Positions 59,631 through 64,000 of a stretch of DNA of 64,000 nt are shown here, one piece after another. The notes under the pieces are model-generated. The model searched no databases. It was not told the origin of the DNA and saw only the letters and a list, made by a program, of their open reading frames with translations. A program made the position numbers and the translations under genes. Numbering within the stretch: position 1 is the stretch's first letter; every line of letters starts with the position of its first letter. Source of the DNA: a plasmid; sequence record NZ_CP088995.1; one strand, 5' to 3'.

Positions 59631-60377
59631 ATGACAACGGATAACACGAACACGACACGTAACGATTCACTGGCTGCCCGGACCGATACCTGGTTGCAGT
59701 CGTTGCTGGTCTGGTCACCCGGACAGCGGGATATCATCAAAACGGTGGCACTGGTGCTGATGGTACTGGACCACATCAATCTGATATTCCAGCTGAAGCA
59801 GGAATGGATGTTTCTGGCCGGGCGTGGAGCCTTTCCGCTGTTTGCCCTGGTGTGGGGGCTGAATCTGTCCCGTCATGCGCATATCCGGCAACCGGCCATT
59901 AACCGGCTGTGGGGATGGGGGATTATTGCCCAGTTCGCATATTATCTGGCAGGCTTTCCCTGGTATGAGGGGAATATCCTGTTTGCCTTTGCAGTGGCGG
60001 CACAGGTGCTGACGTGGTGTGAAACGCGCAGTGGGTGGCGTACAGCAGCGGCCATTCTTCTGATGGCGCTGTGGGGGCCTTTGTCCGGCACCAGTTACGG
60101 CATTGCCGGGCTGCTGATGCTGGCAGTCAGCCACCGGCTGTACCGGGCGGAAGACAGAGCGGAACGTCTGGCGCTGGTCGCCTGCCTGCTGGCTGTTATT
60201 CCGGCGCTTAACCTTGCCACCAGTGATGCAGCGGCGGTGGCCGGTCTTGTGATGACGGTGCTGACCGTTGGTCTGGTGTCGTGTGCAGGAAAATCATTAC
60301 CCCGTTTCTGGCCCGGGGATTTTTTCCCGGTATTCTACGCCTGTCATCTGGCTGTGCTGGGCGTTCTGGCGCTGTGA
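59631..60377 (+). CDS. traX: Pilin N-acetylase TraX (248 aa, polytopic membrane protein)
   Basis: Similar to F TraX. Follows the traI remnant. Confidence 0.85.
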   Translation: MTTDNTNTTRNDSLAARTDTWLQSLLVWSPGQRDIIKTVALVLMVLDHINLIFQLKQEWMFLAGRGAFPLFALVWGLNLSRHAHIRQPAINRLWGWGIIAQFAYYLAGFPWYEGNILFAFAVAAQVLTWCETRSGWRTAAAILLMALWGPLSGTSYGIAGLLMLAVSHRLYRAEDRAERLALVACLLAVIPALNLATSDAAAVAGLVMTVLTVGLVSCAGKSLPRFWPGDFFPVFYACHLAVLGVLAL

Positions 60378-60431
60378 CGGGTGTGGTATCTTTGACCGCA
60401 AGAGGATGATTCGTCAGAGGCAGAACACAGC

Positions 60432-60992
60432 ATGACAGAGCAGAAGCGACCGGTACTGACACTGAAGCGGAAAACGGAAGGGGAGACGCCTGTCCGCAGG
60501 CGGAAAACCATCATCAATGTCACCACGCCACCAAAGTGGAAGGTGAAAAAGCAGAAGCTGGCCGAGAAAGCAGCCCGGGAAGCAGAGCTGGCGGCAAAAA
60601 AAGCGCAGGCCAGACAGGCACTGTCCATTTATCTGAATCTGCCCACGCTGGATGAGGCCGTGAATACCCTGAAACCCTGGTGGCCGGGATTGTTTGACGG
60701 TGACACGCCCCGGCTTCTGGCCTGCGGTATCCGGGACGTGTTACTGGAAGACGTGGCGCAGCGGAATATCCCGCTCTCGCATAAAAAACTGCGCAGGGCG
60801 CTGAAGGCCATCACCCGTTCAGAAAGCTATCTGTGTGCCATGAAAGCCGGTGCCTGCCGGTATGACACGGAAGGGTATGTGACGGAGCATATTTCTCAGG
60901 AGGAGGAAGCGTATGCGGCAGCGCGTCTGGATAAAATCCGCCGCCAGAACCGGATAAAGGCAGAACTTCAGGCCGTGCTTGATGAGAAATAA
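60432..60992 (+). CDS. finO: Fertility inhibition RNA chaperone FinO (186 aa)
   Basis: [42 protein letters not shown]…. Confidence 0.9.
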   Translation: MTEQKRPVLTLKRKTEGETPVRRRKTIINVTTPPKWKVKKQKLAEKAAREAELAAKKAQARQALSIYLNLPTLDEAVNTLKPWWPGLFDGDTPRLLACGIRDVLLEDVAQRNIPLSHKKLRRALKAITRSESYLCAMKAGACRYDTEGYVTEHISQEEEAYAAARLDKIRRQNRIKAELQAVLDEK

Positions 60993-61114
60993 AAAAAAGC
61001 CTCCATCAGAGAGGAGGCAGGGAAATAAGGCTTAAAAGGAAATAACTTCCGTACCCGAAAGGAAGCCAATTCAGTAGATTATTTAACACCATAATACTGA
61101 CGGGTTAAAGAGGA

Positions 61115-61324
61115 GTGATAAAGATGAATGGATTCAGAAACAGTTCACGGAACGGTCAGGTCTGGCGCTGGCAGCGTGCCGGAAGCCGTGCCGTCAGCCT
61201 GGAGGTCAGGGGATTCCGGAAGGAGGCCGCTGAAGCGTGGCTCCTGGCTGCCCGTGTTGCTCCCCGTACAGACTGGCAGCAGTTTGCACGGCAGAGAGCC
61301 GAACGCTGTCAGCGACGGAGATAA
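61115..61324 (+). CDS. Small arginine-rich hypothetical protein (69 aa)
   Basis: ORF only. Confidence 0.25.
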   Translation: MIKMNGFRNSSRNGQVWRWQRAGSRAVSLEVRGFRKEAAEAWLLAARVAPRTDWQQFARQRAERCQRRR

Positions 61325-61709
61325 TGAAAAAAAACGGCAAAAAAAAGACTTCCCCTGAGCAAAGGAGGCCAAAAATCATTCATAGCGTATTACTGACATT
61401 GAATGAATGCTCTGTACATCAACCCTGTGAAGCTACCACCGGTTAATGCCGGGAGGTTGCGGGAAGAAAGATAATACACAGTCATTACGTGGTTAATATC
61501 TGTCAGAATGTTTTTTGTGACCATAAACTGTCAGATGGATAAAAAAGACCGTCATGTGACGGTCAGTGTTGTCCTGTCAGGGACAAATGCATTCAGTAAG
61601 GAGAGCAAAATAATAACATCACGTTGCCCGGCTGTTAATATCAGGCGATGTTAAGTGTTATTTATGACTCTTTTATCTGGTTGTGAAGTCTGTTAATCAG
61701 GAAGAGAAA

Positions 61710-62309
61710 ATGGCGACCGGAAAATCAGAGAAGCAACAGGTGATTGCCTTTATCGATTACGAGAACTGCAGTAACCTGACAGAAATTTCCTTAAATATAT
61801 ATACGGAGTTAATTATATTCGCGGGTGCGAAACAGAATAATGTGGCACTGCCAGTAAACGCTTTCCCTGAAGCAGTAAAAATCACACTCCGGCATGTCAG
61901 TGAAGTCTCCCGGAACAATGTTGATTTTCATCTGGTGCTGGAGCTGGGGCAGTGTGTATGCCACTACGGGCCGGAGAAGGAATACCATATTGTTTCCGCT
62001 GACAAGGGATATGACGGTATTGTCCGGACACTGCAGGCGCGCGGGATTCGCTGCCGTCGCGTCTCCCCGGATAAGGCGTCATCAGTAAAGATGGCTGCAC
62101 CCGACATGGATATCGTTATCCGGTGGGCAAACAAAATTCAACAGGCAGCGCGGGAGGTTCGTAATATGCCGGTAACAGAAAAGACATTTAATAATTATTT
62201 AAAATCACAGATGCGCGGTGAATGGCGTGATGTCCTGACCAGAGGTATCCGGGATGAACTGGTCCGTCGCGGGGTAATGAAAATTCAGGGGAATAAAATC
62301 ATCTGGTAA
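61710..62309 (+). CDS. NYN/PIN-like (LabA-type) domain protein (~199 aa)
   Basis: …VIAFIDYENCSN…LIIFAGAKQ…HIVSADKGYD… pattern of NYN nucleases. Confidence 0.45.
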   Translation: MATGKSEKQQVIAFIDYENCSNLTEISLNIYTELIIFAGAKQNNVALPVNAFPEAVKITLRHVSEVSRNNVDFHLVLELGQCVCHYGPEKEYHIVSADKGYDGIVRTLQARGIRCRRVSPDKASSVKMAAPDMDIVIRWANKIQQAAREVRNMPVTEKTFNNYLKSQMRGEWRDVLTRGIRDELVRRGVMKIQGNKIIW

Positions 62310-62370
62310 GACTGCCAGAATAAAATGATATTTATTTTATTTATAAAAACAGAAAGGTCGAAAATCAATA

Positions 62371-62703
62371 ATGGCATTTATTTCCATGACAAGACAGAAA
62401 GCGCCGTACAGATATGCAAGCAAGACCCGGTTATCGATAAGACGAACAGACTCAGGCTCTGCCGGGTGTTATGTGACGGTTGCCGTTCGGGGGAAGCAGG
62501 AATTTATTATTGCTGAACTTGATTCAGAAATCCGGAAAATCAGGCTGAAACTGACGGACTCCTATGAAGAAGGGGTAAGGCTGTCTTCGGGCACGTTTAC
62601 GCTTCCGGCCAGATTCTGCCGGGAAATACTGCCGGACGACGTCAGGAGTATCACCATTATTCTGGAAAAAAGCGACGATGAGTGGTGGTACGGGAGTTAC
62701 TGA
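62371..62703 (+). CDS. Hypothetical protein (110 aa)
   Basis: ORF. Confidence 0.3.
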   Translation: MAFISMTRQKAPYRYASKTRLSIRRTDSGSAGCYVTVAVRGKQEFIIAELDSEIRKIRLKLTDSYEEGVRLSSGTFTLPARFCREILPDDVRSITIILEKSDDEWWYGSY

Positions 62704-63007
62704 TATGTGGCAGAACTCCGGACACTGACGCCTTCGCGTTGCTCAGTTGTCCAACCCCGGAAACGGGAAAAAGCAAGTTTTCCCCGCTCCCGGCGTTTCT
62801 GCAATAAAAAGCAGGGGCATGGAGGTCGTCGTAACCAGACAGGAATGTGGTATTATCGCGGCGGGTGTCTGAGCCTTTCTGGTTCAGGCAAGACGCAGGT
62901 ACCAGAAATGCGAAGACCCCACTCGTTAATCCATTAACTCGTGAGGTCTGCATGAAGTACTTAGCACTACTGATTGTAGCCTCTTCTTTGCAGAGAGGTC
63001 AAAGTTT

Positions 63008-63157
63008 ATGACGAAATATGCCCTTATCGGGTTGCTCGCCGTGTGTGCCACGGTATTGTGTTTTTCACTGATATTCAGGGAACGGTTATGTGAACTGAAT
63101 ATTCACAGGGGAAATACAGTGGTGCAGGTAACTCTGGCCTACGAAGCACGGAAGTAA
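63008..63157 (+). CDS. srnB: Hok/Gef-family type I toxin SrnB-like (49 aa). Not in the ORF table because it is shorter than 60 aa. It is preceded by an overlapping leader ORF at 62952-63011.
   Basis: Own translation: MTKYALIGLLAVCATVLCFSLIFRERLCELNIHRGNTVVQVTLAYEARK*. Confidence 0.75.
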   Translation: MTKYALIGLLAVCATVLCFSLIFRERLCELNIHRGNTVVQVTLAYEARK

Positions 63158-63440
63158 GCTGCCGGGCGGGGACGGAAGTCCCCGCTTTCCGGAAGTGTGA
63201 GGTATTTCAGGGGCAGACACCCGACATGCCAGAAACAGCCGGTCCCGCCCGGGGCCGGCATCCAGGTTAAGGCATTTCCTGTTTTTCAGTCATTTCATCA
63301 TCAAAATCACATTAAACGGTCGTAATCAGACATGATTTGTGCGCCAACACAGATCATCATCACAACTTTCAAGTCGCTGATTTCAAAAAACTGTAGTATC
63401 CTCTGCGAAACGATCCCTGTTTGAGAATTGAGGAGGCGAG

Positions 63441-63689
63441 ATGTCGCAGACAGAAAATGCAGTGACTTCCTCATCAGGTACAAAGCGAGCATACCGAAAA
63501 GGTAATCCTCTGACGCTTGCAGAACGTCAGCAGGCATCTCTGGCAAGAAAACGTGCCACACATAAAGAACTCAGAGTGTTCATTCCTGCTGCGTTAAAAG
63601 CGCAATTACAGGAGATGTGTGACGCTGAAGGTGTTACTCAGGCTGAGATGATTGCTGAACTGATAAAGCAGAAGAGTGCTTTCAGCTAA
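63441..63689 (+). CDS. copB: FII-type replicon copy-number regulator CopB/RepA2 (82 aa, RHH)
   Basis: [11 protein letters not shown]…[34 protein letters not shown]… It precedes the expected copA/repA1 at the window edge. Confidence 0.8.
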   Translation: MSQTENAVTSSSGTKRAYRKGNPLTLAERQQASLARKRATHKELRVFIPAALKAQLQEMCDAEGVTQAEMIAELIKQKSAFS

Positions 63690-64000
63690 CTAAAATGTAG
63701 CGACATCACATTCTTGCCTGTTTGTGGTGTGCGTGATAGATTGCTGATCGTTTAAGGAATTTTGTGGCTGGCCACGCCATAAGGTGGCAGGGAACTGGTT
63801 CTGATGTGGATGTACAGGAGCCAGAAAAGCGAAAACCCCGATAATCTTCTTTAACTTTGGCGAGTCAGAAAGATTACCGGGGCTAACAAGAAACTGCATA
63901 GAAGCTGTTGCTCTATGCGGGGAGTATAGTTATATGCCCGGAAAAGTTCAAGACTTCTTTCTGTGCTCACTCCTTCTGTGCAACATAAGTGCAGGATGGT

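Overview
This window is a mosaic stretch of a Klebsiella/Enterobacteriaceae IncF-type plasmid carrying two replicons: a RepFIB(K)-like repA with iterons, and the start of an FII-type replicon marked by copB at the right edge. The layout below is in window order.

- **1-5571 (blaKPC-2 island).** The first 5.6 kb is a non-Tn4401 blaKPC-2 island: a CUP-like promoter, an unknown orf, klcA, a korC-position ORF, 5'-truncated ISKpn6, blaKPC-2, Tn3/blaTEM remnants, ISKpn27 and a 5'-truncated Tn3 tnpR. The island ends at the first IS26 (5572-6391).
- **5572-59449 (IS26-bounded segment).** Two directly oriented IS26 copies (5572-6391 and 58630-59449) bracket about 52 kb.
- **6392-14722 (mer module and nested ISs).** Truncated tniA, the integron IRt, urf2M and merEDACPTR form a Tn21-type mer module. 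An IS5075-like element sits in its 38-bp IR and carries a transposase with two compensating frameshifts. An IS903-like fragment disrupted by IS1 follows.
- **14924-22024 (candidate defense and unknown operons).** vapBC lies immediately upstream of a translationally coupled OLD-family ATPase/Toprim nuclease and a compact UvrD-like helicase, which together look like a Gabija/class-2 OLD defense pair. Next comes an uncharacterised five-gene operon whose last gene encodes a GNAT-like protein with a tandemly duplicated coiled-coil region and a membrane anchor.
- **22208-28305 (maintenance and FIB replicon).** resD-like recombinase; the FIB-like origin with DnaA boxes, repA and 18 x 36-bp iterons; P1-type parAB with parS.
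- **28305-33795.** umuDC with a group II intron inserted directly against its LexA box; parMR-like stbAB.
- **33858-54910 (leading region).** Two orphan N6-adenine methyltransferases, ardA, a second klcA paralog, ssb, a parB-like gene, psiB/psiA, hok, a higBA-like pair, and four copies of a large repeat (about 575-790 bp, Frpo/ssi-like) each placed just upstream of a gene.
- **54943-63689 (transfer region remnant).** Lytic transglycosylase gene X, oriT, traM/J/Y/A/L, traE truncated by the second IS26, a 3' remnant of traI, then traX, finO, an srnB-type hok toxin and copB. Most of the tra operon (traK through most of traI) is missing.
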